A DNA stretch of 64,000 bases from an uncultured SAR86 cluster bacterium (GCA_902632605.1 CACPDB010000002.1:99306-163305); one strand, 5' to 3'; positions 1 through 10,157 are shown, numbered from the stretch's first letter. Notes: a model not told the origin generated them from the letters alone. Translations and numbers: made by a program.

Positions 1-59
1 ATTGCATTTGCAGTAAGTCCTCCGTTTAGAGAATACCAAAGCTCTGTTTCTGTCATCAT
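1..59 (-). CDS. Partial hypothetical protein (runs off window start), probable paralog of 76..489
   Basis: Not in ORF track. AGGAGA SD (rc of 66-71) then ATG ATG ACA GAA...: MMTETELWYSLNGGLTANA, loosely similar to MDEFQILSLFNSALISNG. Confidence 0.55.
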   Translation of the reverse strand, partial: MMTETELWYSLNGGLTANA

Positions 60-75
60 AATTTATCTCCTAAAA

Positions 76-489
76 TTAAGCTTTTTTCATCCATGTTGAT
101 GCCATCAACATTATTATTACAACTATCCACCAAACTAAAAGTATGGGGTCATTTGGTATCAGCGAAAACTCCGGAATGCCAACTCCTCCAAACTGCTCAC
201 GAAATTCGACAAATCGTTGTCCTTGAGCAGAAAGGTTCTCTAATTGGCTGAGACTGTAAGCAGTGCTCTCCCAATTAACATCAAGTAATGCTAAGTTTCT
301 TAAGTTAACGTAAACAATTCCTAATGAAAAAATTGTTGAAAAGATCTTATTCAAAAGAGGTGCTCCCTCATTATAAATAATTAAAGCTCCTCTAAAGGCA
401 ACCCACAGTAAGAAAAAAGCTGCAGCAGTATACAGCCCATTGCTTATTAGGGCGCTATTAAAAAGACTTAATATTTGAAATTCATCCAT
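76..489 (-). CDS. Hypothetical membrane protein, about 3 TM helices
   Basis: 137 aa ORF with GGGAGA SD and three hydrophobic segments; no family motif recognised. Confidence 0.8.
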   Translation of the reverse strand: MDEFQILSLFNSALISNGLYTAAAFFLLWVAFRGALIIYNEGAPLLNKIFSTIFSLGIVYVNLRNLALLDVNWESTAYSLSQLENLSAQGQRFVEFREQFGGVGIPEFSLIPNDPILLVWWIVVIIMLMASTWMKKA

Positions 490-517
490 TTTTTTCTCCC
501 AAAAAAATTAAATAAAG

Positions 518-532
518 TGAGAATGATTCTCA
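518..532. promoter_or_regulatory. Fur-like 7-1-7 operator
   Basis: Perfect inverted repeat TGAGAAT-G-ATTCTCA, just downstream of a minus-strand TATAGT -10 candidate (rc of 539-544). Confidence 0.65.
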
Positions 533-580
533 ATAAATACTATATAAGAAAAAAGATATTTATGAAATTTTTTTTGTATT

Positions 581-1219
581 TTAGTTAAAAGATACGATGC
601 TTTCTAAAACTTCAGCCATCTTTTCTGGAGTATGAGGCGACTTAAAAAACCCAAAATAATTGCCATTGGGATCGATTACAGCAAGATTCATACTGTGATC
701 CATATCATAATTAGAATTATCAGAGCCTACCACCGGCACAAAAGGCAGAGTTAAGTCCGTAGCTAGCTTGTAAATAACTTCGATATCTCCAGTAATTCCA
801 GTAAAGGATGGATTAAAAACTTCTGCATATTCTTTTATTTTTTCTGGTGTATCACGATCTGGGTCGACAGAAATTATTCTGAAGTTTACTTTTGAGGAAA
901 TTTCTTCTGAGAGATTGCCATTGACCATTGCCATTTTCTTCATAGTCATTGGGCACATGTCAGGACAAGATGCAAAGCCAAGAAATAATACATCCCATTT
1001 CCCTTTAAGATCACTATTAGAAAACTTATTAATCCCTTCGATAAGCTCAAAATTGTTTATTTGTCTTGTACGAACGAGTTTGTAAAAGCCTATTTGCTTA
1101 TATTCAGCTGCAGTCAATTCTTTGGGCGAAACCGTTGTATATACAAAAAGTCCCGCAACCATAGAGACAAATAATAAGCATGAGGCAACGGTAATTCTTA
1201 TGGATTTGTTATTACTCAT
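581..1219 (-). CDS. sco: SCO1/SenC copper chaperone
   Basis: N-terminal TM anchor, CPDMC (CxxxC), SVDPDRDT, MDHS His ligand; end of cox cluster. Confidence 0.93.
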   Translation of the reverse strand: MSNNKSIRITVASCLLFVSMVAGLFVYTTVSPKELTAAEYKQIGFYKLVRTRQINNFELIEGINKFSNSDLKGKWDVLFLGFASCPDMCPMTMKKMAMVNGNLSEEISSKVNFRIISVDPDRDTPEKIKEYAEVFNPSFTGITGDIEVIYKLATDLTLPFVPVVGSDNSNYDMDHSMNLAVIDPNGNYFGFFKSPHTPEKMAEVLESIVSFN

Positions 1220-2115
1220 AATTGAATTGGAATCAATTTATCAAGAGCCATACAAATAAACAATATTGTAAGAAAGACAATAGAGTAAAGAAATAATGGT
1301 AAAGCTAATTTGTTGTTTTTATCAAAAATTAAGGCGATTGAAAAGCCGATGAATATAATGTTTAAAATAACTGCACTAAAAAAATAAAATCCACCTAAAT
1401 AGCCAGTTGCAAAAGGAAACAGAGACGATACGGCTAGTAAAACGGAGTAAAGAGCAATTTGGATTTTTGTGTACTCAGTGCCTTTAACGACAGGCATCAT
1501 TGGGATTTTTGCAGCTACATAATCTTCTTTTCTGTTTATTGATAAAGCCCAAAAATGAGGAGGTGTCCAAATGAAAATGATTAAGACCATCAGCAAAGGC
1601 AAGGCATCTATGGAATTGGTAATTGCCGTCCATCCAAGTAGGGGCGGCATAGCTCCTGCGATACCTCCAATTACAATATTTTGAGTTCCAGCAAACTTAA
1701 GTATTTTGGTGTAAAGAAAAGAATAGAAAGCCCAGGTGAAAAGGGTTAATAAAAGGGTTAATAAGTTTATAAAAACTATTAGCATGATAGCTCCGACAAT
1801 TAGAAGAGCTGCTGAGAATATCTTTGCATTTGTTACAGAAATTTCTCCTATCACTATAGGTCTGTTTTTTGTTCTTGCCATTTTGCTGTCAACTTCGACG
1901 TCAAGAATTTGATTAATTACAGCACTTGAAGAAGCTATCAGCCCTATGCCAAATAATCCAAATACTACTTTCATCAAATTTCCTGAAAATCCATCGGCTA
2001 AAAACATTGCTGTGGCTGAAGTAAGGACAAGTAAATAAATAATTGACGGTTTTGTAAGCTTAAGATATCCAGATAAAGGAAACCTTTGAGATTGTGTTAT
2101 GACTTCAGTATTCAC
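1216..2115 (-). CDS. ctaB: Protoheme IX farnesyltransferase (heme O synthase)
   Basis: LTKP start motif, NQILDVEVDSKMARTKNRP, WTPPHFWAL; GTG start. Confidence 0.95.
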   Translation of the reverse strand: MNTEVITQSQRFPLSGYLKLTKPSIIYLLVLTSATAMFLADGFSGNLMKVVFGLFGIGLIASSSAVINQILDVEVDSKMARTKNRPIVIGEISVTNAKIFSAALLIVGAIMLIVFINLLTLLLTLFTWAFYSFLYTKILKFAGTQNIVIGGIAGAMPPLLGWTAITNSIDALPLLMVLIIFIWTPPHFWALSINRKEDYVAAKIPMMPVVKGTEYTKIQIALYSVLLAVSSLFPFATGYLGGFYFFSAVILNIIFIGFSIALIFDKNNKLALPLFLYSIVFLTILFICMALDKLIPIQL

Positions 2116-3100
2116 GAGACCTTAATCTAGCATAAGATAATCCTAATAATAGGAAAAGAGCGCCGAGATTATGAGCTATTGCAACATAAAGTGGAAGTCT
2201 ATAAATAATGTTTGATATGCCTAATGCAAGTTGAAGAAAAAGCAAGCCTCCTATTAGACCAGAAATAAAATAATTTTTTTCTTTTGCAAACAAATAAGCC
2301 AAAAACAAGAAGTACAGAGTCACAATCAGTGCACCAAATCTATGTACGAGATGAATTGCAACCCTTGATTGGTGATCTAATTGTCCACCTAAATAGTCGG
2401 GCCCGATTCTTTGTGCAAAGTTTAACCCTTTCACATAATCAGCATCTGGAAGAATCTGCCCTTTGCATAGAGGAAAATCAGAACAAGCTAAGGCAGCATA
2501 ATTGGAACTTAGCCACACTCCTAAAATAATTTGTGCAATTAGAATTGGAAAAGCAACATTAAGGACTTTTAAAGTAATTTTAGATACTGAAAAGTAGTTT
2601 ATATTTTCTAAGTTGATTTCTTTTAATTTCAGATATGTCAGAAAAATTAACGTTGTCGTAGCAAACCCGCCAAGTAGGTGAGCTGTAACAACTTGCGGCC
2701 AAAGTTTCAAGCTGACTGTAAAATAACCAAGCAATGACTGAAATAAAACCAAAGCAGTCATGGTAGCGGTAATTTTTACAATAAAAGTATTCCTAGGTTT
2801 AGAAAAAACTGCAAAGAGAAAAAGTCCGATAATAAGCAAGCCAAGTGACCCGGCAAAATATCTATGAACTACTTCCGGGACTGCTTTAGCTATTTCAAAT
2901 TTTCTTTCAGGATAAAGTTCATTTGCCAACGAAATTTCAGATTCTGACATTGGCCAGATAGCAAAGCCATAACAACCAGGCCAATCTGGGCAGCCTAATC
3001 CTGCGTCCACAAGCCTTGTCCAAGCACCCAAACCCACTACAGTGAATGCTAGAAATATTCCTAGCAAAGCAATCAGTTGAATTTTCTTTAAATTAGCCAA
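2105..3100 (-). CDS. ctaA: Heme A synthase COX15/CtaA
   Basis: GAWTRLVDAGLGCPDWPGC, EVVHRYFA, VTAHLLGG, HLVHR, AIAHN. Confidence 0.95.
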   Translation of the reverse strand: MANLKKIQLIALLGIFLAFTVVGLGAWTRLVDAGLGCPDWPGCYGFAIWPMSESEISLANELYPERKFEIAKAVPEVVHRYFAGSLGLLIIGLFLFAVFSKPRNTFIVKITATMTALVLFQSLLGYFTVSLKLWPQVVTAHLLGGFATTTLIFLTYLKLKEINLENINYFSVSKITLKVLNVAFPILIAQIILGVWLSSNYAALACSDFPLCKGQILPDADYVKGLNFAQRIGPDYLGGQLDHQSRVAIHLVHRFGALIVTLYFLFLAYLFAKEKNYFISGLIGGLLFLQLALGISNIIYRLPLYVAIAHNLGALFLLLGLSYARLRSREY

Positions 3101-3674
3101 TTTTTGATGCCCTTAATAATTTTTTTATGTCAGATAAGATTTTTTTGGGATCAATGTTTCCTTGATAGGACAAAATAATATTCCCAAGAGGATCTGCTAA
3201 AAGAAATCCTGGTTGAATGAAAGGGTTTATACCCGCCTCAGTCATTTTTTGTCTTAATAAATTTAAATTTTTAGCAGATATTGCAGTTAAATTAGTTTCG
3301 CTTTGAAAAAGTTTTTTTACTTTTTCCTGCGTTTTGGAGGATGCGACATAAAAGCGTTTAACTCTGTCTTTTTCTCTCCCTATCGCAGTATTAATTTGCC
3401 TAGAAAAATAAAAAGCCTCTAAACAGTCTTCATTACATCGATCATCTACAAAATGAATAATCATCCATTTTCTTTCCATTGAATCAATATTTAAGGGCTG
3501 ATAATTCAACTCGAGCTCTAAACTTCCTAGATCAACCGGAGGATCTATCATTGTTCCATAATTGACTGTTGCTTTGGGACCAAGCCCTGCGTAATACCAA
3601 AAAGTAGACAAGGTAATTACCAAAAAAGGAGTTCCAAAAATTATCAACGCCAAAAGAAAACCTTTATTTTTCAT
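3093..3674 (-). CDS. cox-cluster-associated membrane-anchored protein (thioredoxin-like fold likely)
   Basis: N-terminal TM, CNEDC motif, LADPLGN; position between surf1 and ctaA as in gammaproteobacterial cox clusters. Confidence 0.75.
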   Translation of the reverse strand: MKNKGFLLALIIFGTPFLVITLSTFWYYAGLGPKATVNYGTMIDPPVDLGSLELELNYQPLNIDSMERKWMIIHFVDDRCNEDCLEAFYFSRQINTAIGREKDRVKRFYVASSKTQEKVKKLFQSETNLTAISAKNLNLLRQKMTEAGINPFIQPGFLLADPLGNIILSYQGNIDPKKILSDIKKLLRASKIG

Positions 3675-4357
3675 ATTGCTTTACTCTTCCTAAATAAATA
3701 AAAGCCGCCAAATAAAACAACTAAAGCTAGAGCAAACCACTGAATAGCGTAGCCGAAATGTCTGGTTGATTTTAATGAAGTTGGTTGCCAGATTGGCTCA
3801 AAACTTAAGTTAGACAAAGCCGATAGTTCAAACACATATGGCAAAAACTTTTTTCCACTTAAGTCTTCCATGAGTTCTTTGTCCAGTCCTTGGATTATGA
3901 AATTCTCACCAAGATTTTTAACTTGGTCTTCAAGCACAAAGTCTTTTGTAAAAGGTCGAATCATCCCATCTAGTTTTAAATTTTTTTTTGGCAAAGAAAG
4001 CTCTGGCAGAGAATCTCTTTGTTCGGACTCTATCCAGCCCCTCGAAACAAGAATTTTTTCTTTACTTGCTAGAGTAAATGTATTGAAAACCACGTACCCA
4101 GCTTTGCCATTAAGGGTTTTATTATCCACAAAAAAAGTTTTTTTACCGAAAACCCCTGAAATTTGTATATTCCTATAATATAAATTTTGATTCAGATCTC
4201 CGGGATTTGTTTCTACTGGGAGAGATTGTCTTTCTGAAAAGGCATTTTCTAATGCCTTTTTGGCATAGCCTCTGTCAATTTGCCATACACCAAGAGATAA
4301 TGCTCCAAAAAAAACAAGAACAAAAATCGAAATAATTAAATATTTAGAAAAGGTCAT
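3671..4357 (-). CDS. surf1: SURF1 family cytochrome oxidase assembly protein
   Basis: LGVWQIDR, VSRGWI, HFGYAIQWF. ATG at 4357 preferred over the TTG at 4363. Confidence 0.92.
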   Translation of the reverse strand: MTFSKYLIISIFVLVFFGALSLGVWQIDRGYAKKALENAFSERQSLPVETNPGDLNQNLYYRNIQISGVFGKKTFFVDNKTLNGKAGYVVFNTFTLASKEKILVSRGWIESEQRDSLPELSLPKKNLKLDGMIRPFTKDFVLEDQVKNLGENFIIQGLDKELMEDLSGKKFLPYVFELSALSNLSFEPIWQPTSLKSTRHFGYAIQWFALALVVLFGGFYLFRKSKAI

Positions 4358-4362
4358 AATCA

Positions 4363-4569
4363 ATGCTTAAATTTACAATCGCTGTCCTCGCCCTAGCAAT
4401 GTTAGTGAGTCTTTTTTCGAGTGCATTTTTCTTGTTAAAAGATAAAGGTAATACGGTAAGGGCTATTTACAGTTTGAGAGTAAGAGTAACCATAGCGATG
4501 CTACTCTTATTAACAATCGGATATGGACTGTACACTGGGCAATTGGGTCTTAATTCCCCTTGGGGTTAA
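4363..4569 (+). CDS. Twin-transmembrane small protein (DUF2909-like)
   Basis: 68 aa, two TM helices, SLFSSAFFLLKDKG and SLRVRV; antisense within the cox cluster, as typical for this family. Confidence 0.8.
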   Translation: MLKFTIAVLALAMLVSLFSSAFFLLKDKGNTVRAIYSLRVRVTIAMLLLLTIGYGLYTGQLGLNSPWG

Positions 4570-5468
4570 AATACATAAACTACCAAAACGAGTAGTATCC
4601 AAACTACATCTACAAAATGCCAATACCATGATCCAGCAGCAAGTCCAAAATGGTCGTGTTCAGAAAAAGCACCATTGAATCCTCTAATTGTCATAATGGA
4701 AAGAATGATTGCTCCAAGACATACATGAAAACCATGGAATCCGGTTAACAAGAAAAATGTCGTTCCATAAATTCCAGCACCAAGTGTTAAACCCATGTGA
4801 GCGTATGCTTCGTAATATTCCAGTCCTTGCAAAAATACAAAAATAAAACCCAAAGAAATTGTTACGACCATCCAACTTTTGAAAGATGTCCTGTTACCTT
4901 TTTTTAGTGCTGATTCGGCTAACGCTATTGTTCCACTTGAAGTAACCAGGCAAAGCGTATTCCAGAAGGGTAACCATGTATGGATTTTTGTGATCCCTGG
5001 TATGTTCATATTCTTATATGCTCCGGGAAAGTTTTCGTTATCCGGAGTTTCCATAACTGGCCAAGCCGATTCAAAAGCCGGCCAAAGGATATTTGTAATT
5101 CCTTTTTCGCCATCGCCTCCAAGCCAAGGAACTGCAAAGAGTCTTACGTATCCTAGAGCCAAAAAGAATGCGAAGAAAAACATGACTTCGGAAAATATGA
5201 ACCACGCCATGCCATGAACGAAGGATCTATTTAACTGATCGCTATAGAGCTTTTGATTGTTTTCGCTAATTACATTACTGAACCAGACAAACATCACGCC
5301 CCAAATTACAGCGAAAGAGGCCATTAGTAATAGATATGAATTTGAGCTTTCCTTACCTAAATCATTAATTGTTCCGCCGGCTCCCAAAACAAAAAGCAGT
5401 AGCCCAAAAGCCATAAAAATCGGTAATTTACTACTTTCTGGAACGTAATAAGAAGATTCAGAACTCAT
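4566..5468 (-). CDS. ctaE: Cytochrome c oxidase subunit III
   Basis: YYVP start, WFIFSEVMFF, TGFHGFHV, WYWHFVDVVW. Confidence 0.97.
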   Translation of the reverse strand: MSSESSYYVPESSKLPIFMAFGLLLFVLGAGGTINDLGKESSNSYLLLMASFAVIWGVMFVWFSNVISENNQKLYSDQLNRSFVHGMAWFIFSEVMFFFAFFLALGYVRLFAVPWLGGDGEKGITNILWPAFESAWPVMETPDNENFPGAYKNMNIPGITKIHTWLPFWNTLCLVTSSGTIALAESALKKGNRTSFKSWMVVTISLGFIFVFLQGLEYYEAYAHMGLTLGAGIYGTTFFLLTGFHGFHVCLGAIILSIMTIRGFNGAFSEHDHFGLAAGSWYWHFVDVVWILLVLVVYVF

Positions 5469-5472
5469 CGTA

Positions 5473-6009
5473 TTAATTGCTAGCTTGTTTTTGCATCAAA
5501 TCTTCTGTTATGTCAAAAAGAGTATACCCCAAGGCAAGTGAAGAAATGTCTTTTGGCAGGTCTGGATCTATTACAAACTTTAGAGGGATCATTATGCTCT
5601 CCCCCGGTTCTAGGGATTGTTGCTCGAAACAAAAACACTCTGTCTTATGGAAATACTGAGCTCCTTTTCCAGGAGACACGCTAGGAATTGCTTGAGCAAT
5701 CATTGGCTTATTCGTAGTGTTTGTAAAAACGTAGTTCAAAAGGTTCTGCTCCCCAGTCTTAACTCTCATCTGAGATTTTGAAGAATCAAAAAACCAAGGC
5801 ATATCGTCATTGTTAGTTGTGGTAAAAATTATTTTTATTTCTCTATTGCCGACATTTTCGTATTCTGAAAATGTTGGACCTGTGACTTTTCCGTTTAGAC
5901 CAGTTATTTCACAAAAAACATCGTATAAAGGCACTAAAGCAAAACCAAATAAAAACATTCCTACTGTTGCAAGAAACAGTTTGGAAACACTTTTTCTTAT
6001 GCTTGACAT
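5473..6009 (-). CDS. ctaG: Cytochrome c oxidase assembly protein Cox11/CtaG
   Basis: LVPLYDVFCEITG and KTECFCFEQQ. Confidence 0.95.
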   Translation of the reverse strand: MSSIRKSVSKLFLATVGMFLFGFALVPLYDVFCEITGLNGKVTGPTFSEYENVGNREIKIIFTTTNNDDMPWFFDSSKSQMRVKTGEQNLLNYVFTNTTNKPMIAQAIPSVSPGKGAQYFHKTECFCFEQQSLEPGESIMIPLKFVIDPDLPKDISSLALGYTLFDITEDLMQKQASN

Positions 6010-6011
6010 TT

Positions 6012-7616
6012 TTAGGCTTTGACTTCTCCTGATTCCAAATTAGGAGGTGTTTCGAAGGTGTGATAGGCAGGTGGTGAATCTAAAGTCCACTCGAGACCTT
6101 TGGCTCCTTCCCAAACTTGTCCGGTAGCTTTCTTGCCGTAGAAAATTGCTTTGAGCACTACATATAAAAAGAGTAATTGCGACAAACCAAATAGAAACGC
6201 CCCAACACTAACAATCATGTTGTAATCCGCAAATTGCATAGCATAGTCTGGAATTCTTCTTGGCATTCCAGCTAAGCCGACAAAATGCATTGGAAAGAAA
6301 GTTAAATTCACTGAGACAAAGGAAAGCCAAAAATGCGTTTTACCCATAAATTCGTCATACATATATCCCGTCCACTTCGGGAGCCAGTAATAAACTCCAG
6401 CAATGATAGAGAACAAAGCCCCAGGAACTAAAACATAGTGAAAGTGAGCCACAACAAAGTAGGTATCATGATATTGGAAATCAGCAGGAGCAATGGCAAG
6501 CATGATTCCTGAGAGCCCTCCAATAGTGAAAAGCGCTACAAACGCAATAGCAAACAACATTGGTGTTTCAAAAGTTAGTGATCCTTTGAACATTGTTGAT
6601 AACCAATTGAACACTTTAACTCCTGTTGGAATTGCAATTAACATTGTCGAGTACATGAAAAACAACTCACCAGCAATTGGCATCCCAACCGTAAACATGT
6701 GGTGAGCCCAAACTACGAATGATAGCAATGCGATTGATGCGATTGCATAAACCATAGATTCGTAACCGAAGATAGGCTTTCTTGAGAAAGTCTCAATAAT
6801 GTGAGACACAATTCCGAAAGCAGGCAAAATCATTATGTAAACTTCAGGATGTCCAAAGAACCAGAAAACATGTTGGAATAAAACAGGATCTCCCCCTCCT
6901 CCGGCTTTGAAGAAACTCGTTCCAAAATGAATATCCATAAGCATCATGGTTACGGCACCAGCAAGAACTGGCATTACTGCAATCAGTAGGTAAGCAGTTA
7001 TCAGCCAAGTCCAAACAAAGAGAGGCATTTTCATTAAAGTCATGCCAGGAGCCCTCATATTTAAAATGGTGGTAATAACATTGATTGAACCCATAATGGA
7101 AGAAGCACCCATAATGTGCACTGCGAAGATAAAGTAAGTTACTGTGGGTGGCGCATACTCCGTTGAGAGCGGCGCATAGAAAGTCCATCCAAAGTTCGGA
7201 GCGCCGCCTTCCATAAAGAAAGTAGCTATCAGAACACCAAAAGCTGCAGGCAATATCCAAAAACTTAAATTGTTTAACCTTGGCAGAGCCATATCGGGAG
7301 CACCAATTTGCATTGGTACCAGCCAATTTGCGAAGCCAACGAAGGCTGGCATGATGACGCCGAATACCATAATCAAACCATGATTGGTAACCATTTGATT
7401 ATAAAACTCAGGAGAAACAATTTGACTACCCGGTTCAAAGAGCTCTGCTCTGATGACCATGGCCATTGCTCCACCGATAAATAACATTATGAAACTGAAC
7501 CATAAGTACAAAGAACCTATATCTTTATGGTTGGTGGTAAATAACCAACGGCTTATCCCTTTAGCAGGGCCGTGGTGATGGTGGTCGTCATGATGTCCTT
7601 CTATTACTGCGCTCAT
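6012..7616 (-). CDS. ctaD: Cytochrome c oxidase subunit I (A1 type)
   Basis: TTNHKDIG, GGGDP, WFFGHPEVY, WAHHMF, VAHFHY. Confidence 0.98.
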   Translation of the reverse strand: MSAVIEGHHDDHHHHGPAKGISRWLFTTNHKDIGSLYLWFSFIMLFIGGAMAMVIRAELFEPGSQIVSPEFYNQMVTNHGLIMVFGVIMPAFVGFANWLVPMQIGAPDMALPRLNNLSFWILPAAFGVLIATFFMEGGAPNFGWTFYAPLSTEYAPPTVTYFIFAVHIMGASSIMGSINVITTILNMRAPGMTLMKMPLFVWTWLITAYLLIAVMPVLAGAVTMMLMDIHFGTSFFKAGGGGDPVLFQHVFWFFGHPEVYIMILPAFGIVSHIIETFSRKPIFGYESMVYAIASIALLSFVVWAHHMFTVGMPIAGELFFMYSTMLIAIPTGVKVFNWLSTMFKGSLTFETPMLFAIAFVALFTIGGLSGIMLAIAPADFQYHDTYFVVAHFHYVLVPGALFSIIAGVYYWLPKWTGYMYDEFMGKTHFWLSFVSVNLTFFPMHFVGLAGMPRRIPDYAMQFADYNMIVSVGAFLFGLSQLLFLYVVLKAIFYGKKATGQVWEGAKGLEWTLDSPPAYHTFETPPNLESGEVKA

Positions 7617-7634
7617 TTTTTACAGCTCCTTCTT

Positions 7635-8768
7635 TTATAATTTGTTATTTTTGTAATCTAAAATTTCTTTAGGCACAACAATTTCGCCGTCACCTCCAGC
7701 ATCATTACCCCATGCCTTTCGGGTATAGGTAATAACTGCTGCTATTTCTACTTCGGTAAGTTGTTCCGCGTAAGATTGCATTGCTGCGCCTTGAACTCCT
7801 TCCATTAAAATTTCGACTTGTCTACTTTTGTCGTTCATAACGATCTCACTTCCAGCCAGAGCTGGGAATACCGGGGGAATTCCTGCGCCATTGACTTGAT
7901 GACAAGCGACACAGTTTTTCAAATAAACTTCTTCTCCAATTGCAAAGAGCTCATCCGTTTCCCATAGCTTCTCTGTAAGCAAAGCTTGTTGAGCTTTTAA
8001 ATCTCTTTTACCTTGAATGAAATCTTTATAATCTGCATCTGAAACTGCCTCTACAACAATTGGCATGTAACCGTGATAGACACCACATAATTCAGTACAT
8101 TGTCCACGATATACTCCCGGTTTATCAACGAATGTCCAAGCAGTGTTTATAAATCCAGGAATAGCATCTTGCTTCACGGCAAAGTCTGGTACCCACCAAG
8201 AATGAATGACATCGTTTGCAGTAATTAAAAATCTTACTCTTTTGTTCACAGGAATTACGAGAGGCTCATCAACCTCTAATAAATAAGTTTCTGTTTTAGG
8301 AGCAATGTTGTTTCTAGCATCTAAAGATGTTGTCAAATTACTGAAAAAACTTACCTCGTCTTCCATGTACTCATATTGCCATTTCCACTGATGTCCAGTG
8401 ATCAAGATATTAATGTCCCCTTCTTCATCATCATATGCTTTTATCATTGTTGAAGTAGCAGGAATTGCCATGCCGACTAAAATTAAAGCGAAAAGAACTG
8501 TCCAAGTCAGTTCTAATTTTGGATTATCATCAAAATCAGCAGGTTCAACGCCTTCTTTCTTACGATACTTGATAATCAGGAAAACCATGAAACCCAAAAC
8601 CAATGCGCCAATGACGACACAAATCCAAAAAATGGTCATGTGTAAGCCAAAGATTTCTTGGGCAATGGCGTTAACGCCGGGAGTCATATTGATGTCGTCC
8701 CAAGCCGAAAAAGACAGAGGCGCTAAGAACAATGCCATGAGGCATAGAAAAAGTTTTTTCAAATACAT
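7635..8768 (-). CDS. ctaC: Cytochrome c oxidase subunit II with C-terminal cytochrome c domain
   Basis: DVIHSW and CTELCGVYHGYM (CuA), CVACH heme c motif. Confidence 0.97.
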   Translation of the reverse strand: MYLKKLFLCLMALFLAPLSFSAWDDINMTPGVNAIAQEIFGLHMTIFWICVVIGALVLGFMVFLIIKYRKKEGVEPADFDDNPKLELTWTVLFALILVGMAIPATSTMIKAYDDEEGDINILITGHQWKWQYEYMEDEVSFFSNLTTSLDARNNIAPKTETYLLEVDEPLVIPVNKRVRFLITANDVIHSWWVPDFAVKQDAIPGFINTAWTFVDKPGVYRGQCTELCGVYHGYMPIVVEAVSDADYKDFIQGKRDLKAQQALLTEKLWETDELFAIGEEVYLKNCVACHQVNGAGIPPVFPALAGSEIVMNDKSRQVEILMEGVQGAAMQSYAEQLTEVEIAAVITYTRKAWGNDAGGDGEIVVPKEILDYKNNKL

Positions 8769-8820
8769 CTCAAAAATTTTTTAGTGGGCGTTATGTGCAA
8801 GAATTATATATGAATAAGCC

Positions 8821-9669
8821 CTAATCAATAGACTTTTCAAGCAATCTAGAAGTATCTGGAATAAGATTAGTCCATAATCTAAAAGACTCTGCGCCCTGCT
8901 CAACCAGCATACCCCATCCATCCGATACTTTTTTAGCTCCATTCTCTAAAGCCTCCTGCATAAAGATTGTTTTTTCAGCAGAATAAAAGAGATCGTAAGC
9001 AAGCTTTGTGCCTGAGAATATGGTTTTTGGCACCCCTATAGATTCTCCGGCTAGCGTTGAAACTGAAGTTGAGTTGATAACCAAATCATAAGAATTAGCT
9101 AGAAGAAAGTCATCTGCAAGATCTCCAGCTTCAAATATTAAGTGTTTTTCCTTCAGATCAACTTTGCCTTCTAAATCTTCTTTTAACAAAATAGCTTTAC
9201 TTTTAGTTCTATTAGCTATTTTCAGCTGCGAAGGGTTTTTTTCGATAATAGAAGGGATAATTCCGCGTGCAGCTCCCCCAGCACCTAAAATCAATATTTT
9301 CTTATCCTTTAAAGTAAATTTTAAGTTTTCTTCTAGATCTTTAATTAGACCAAAGCCATCGGTACAATCTGCAAATACCTTTTCATCTTTTGCATAAATG
9401 ACATTGCATGCTGAGGCAAGTCTGGCTCGATCTGAAATTTCATCTGCATAATTTAAAGCTGCTTCTTTAAGCGGAAGTGTTATGGAAACACCTTTTCCAT
9501 CATCCTTAAAAAAGTCAGCAAGCCATGTTTCTAAAGTATCTGGTGTAACACGATCTTTCGTGAATTCAATTTTCGCATCAAATTGATTTGCGAAGTTTTG
9601 GTGAATCTCAGGAGACTTTGAGTGTCTTATTGGACTGCCTATTACAGCTAGTTTCAATTTCTTATCCAT
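8821..9669 (-). CDS. aroE: Shikimate dehydrogenase
   Basis: GSPIRHSKSPEIH, TLPLKE, GAGGAARG, DGWGMLVEQGAESF. Confidence 0.95.
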   Translation of the reverse strand: MDKKLKLAVIGSPIRHSKSPEIHQNFANQFDAKIEFTKDRVTPDTLETWLADFFKDDGKGVSITLPLKEAALNYADEISDRARLASACNVIYAKDEKVFADCTDGFGLIKDLEENLKFTLKDKKILILGAGGAARGIIPSIIEKNPSQLKIANRTKSKAILLKEDLEGKVDLKEKHLIFEAGDLADDFLLANSYDLVINSTSVSTLAGESIGVPKTIFSGTKLAYDLFYSAEKTIFMQEALENGAKKVSDGWGMLVEQGAESFRLWTNLIPDTSRLLEKSID

Positions 9670-10157
9670 TCATCAGTTATTAAATTTTGTATTGGAGTAG
9701 GTTTATCTGCCCCGCCAAGCTCTCCTTCTACTATAGATACCTCATCTCCAAATAAGTTTCTAACTTCTTCAGCATTTTTTGCTGGAGGTTCAGATGAAAT
9801 ATTCGCGGAAGTAGATGTGATAACGCTATTTAGCTCTTCAGAAAGTTCAATAATTGAAGGATGAACACTTTGCCTCAAAGCCACAAACTCGCTGTTGCCT
9901 CTTATCCAAGAGGGAACATTATCGTTTGCGGGAACCAACCAAGTATGAGCTCCAGGCCATTTACTTTTTGTTTTATCTATCAAATCTTCCGATAAGTGCG
10001 AAAGATAAGCATCAAAGTGGGAAAAATGACCTGAAACTAAAATTAAGCCTTTGTCTAAAGTTCTTTGTTTTAGAAAACAAATTTTTTTTACATCTTCTTC
10101 TGAATGGGGCAGACAACCTAAACCCCAAACTCCCTCAGTTGGGTATGCGTAAATCAT
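9654..10157 (-). CDS. tsaC: Threonylcarbamoyl-AMP synthase (TsaC/YrdC), N-terminally short
   Basis: AYPTEGVWGLGC, KQRTLDKGLIL, TSTSANIS. Confidence 0.9.
   Translation of the reverse strand: MIYAYPTEGVWGLGCLPHSEEDVKKICFLKQRTLDKGLILVSGHFSHFDAYLSHLSEDLIDKTKSKWPGAHTWLVPANDNVPSWIRGNSEFVALRQSVHPSIIELSEELNSVITSTSANISSEPPAKNAEEVRNLFGDEVSIVEGELGGADKPTPIQNLITDEWIRN

Noticed and set aside
6844-7326. 160-aa alternative-frame ORF inside cox1, and other antisense or shifted ORFs in the track (for example 2284..2529, 8398..8784, 27114..27422, 29514..29924, 44775..45200)
   Set aside because: They overlap well-conserved genes, lack SD and motifs, and are expected shadows.
7570-7616. His-rich N-terminus of Cox1 (HHDDHHHH)
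   Set aside because: Common in gammaproteobacterial CoxA; not novel.
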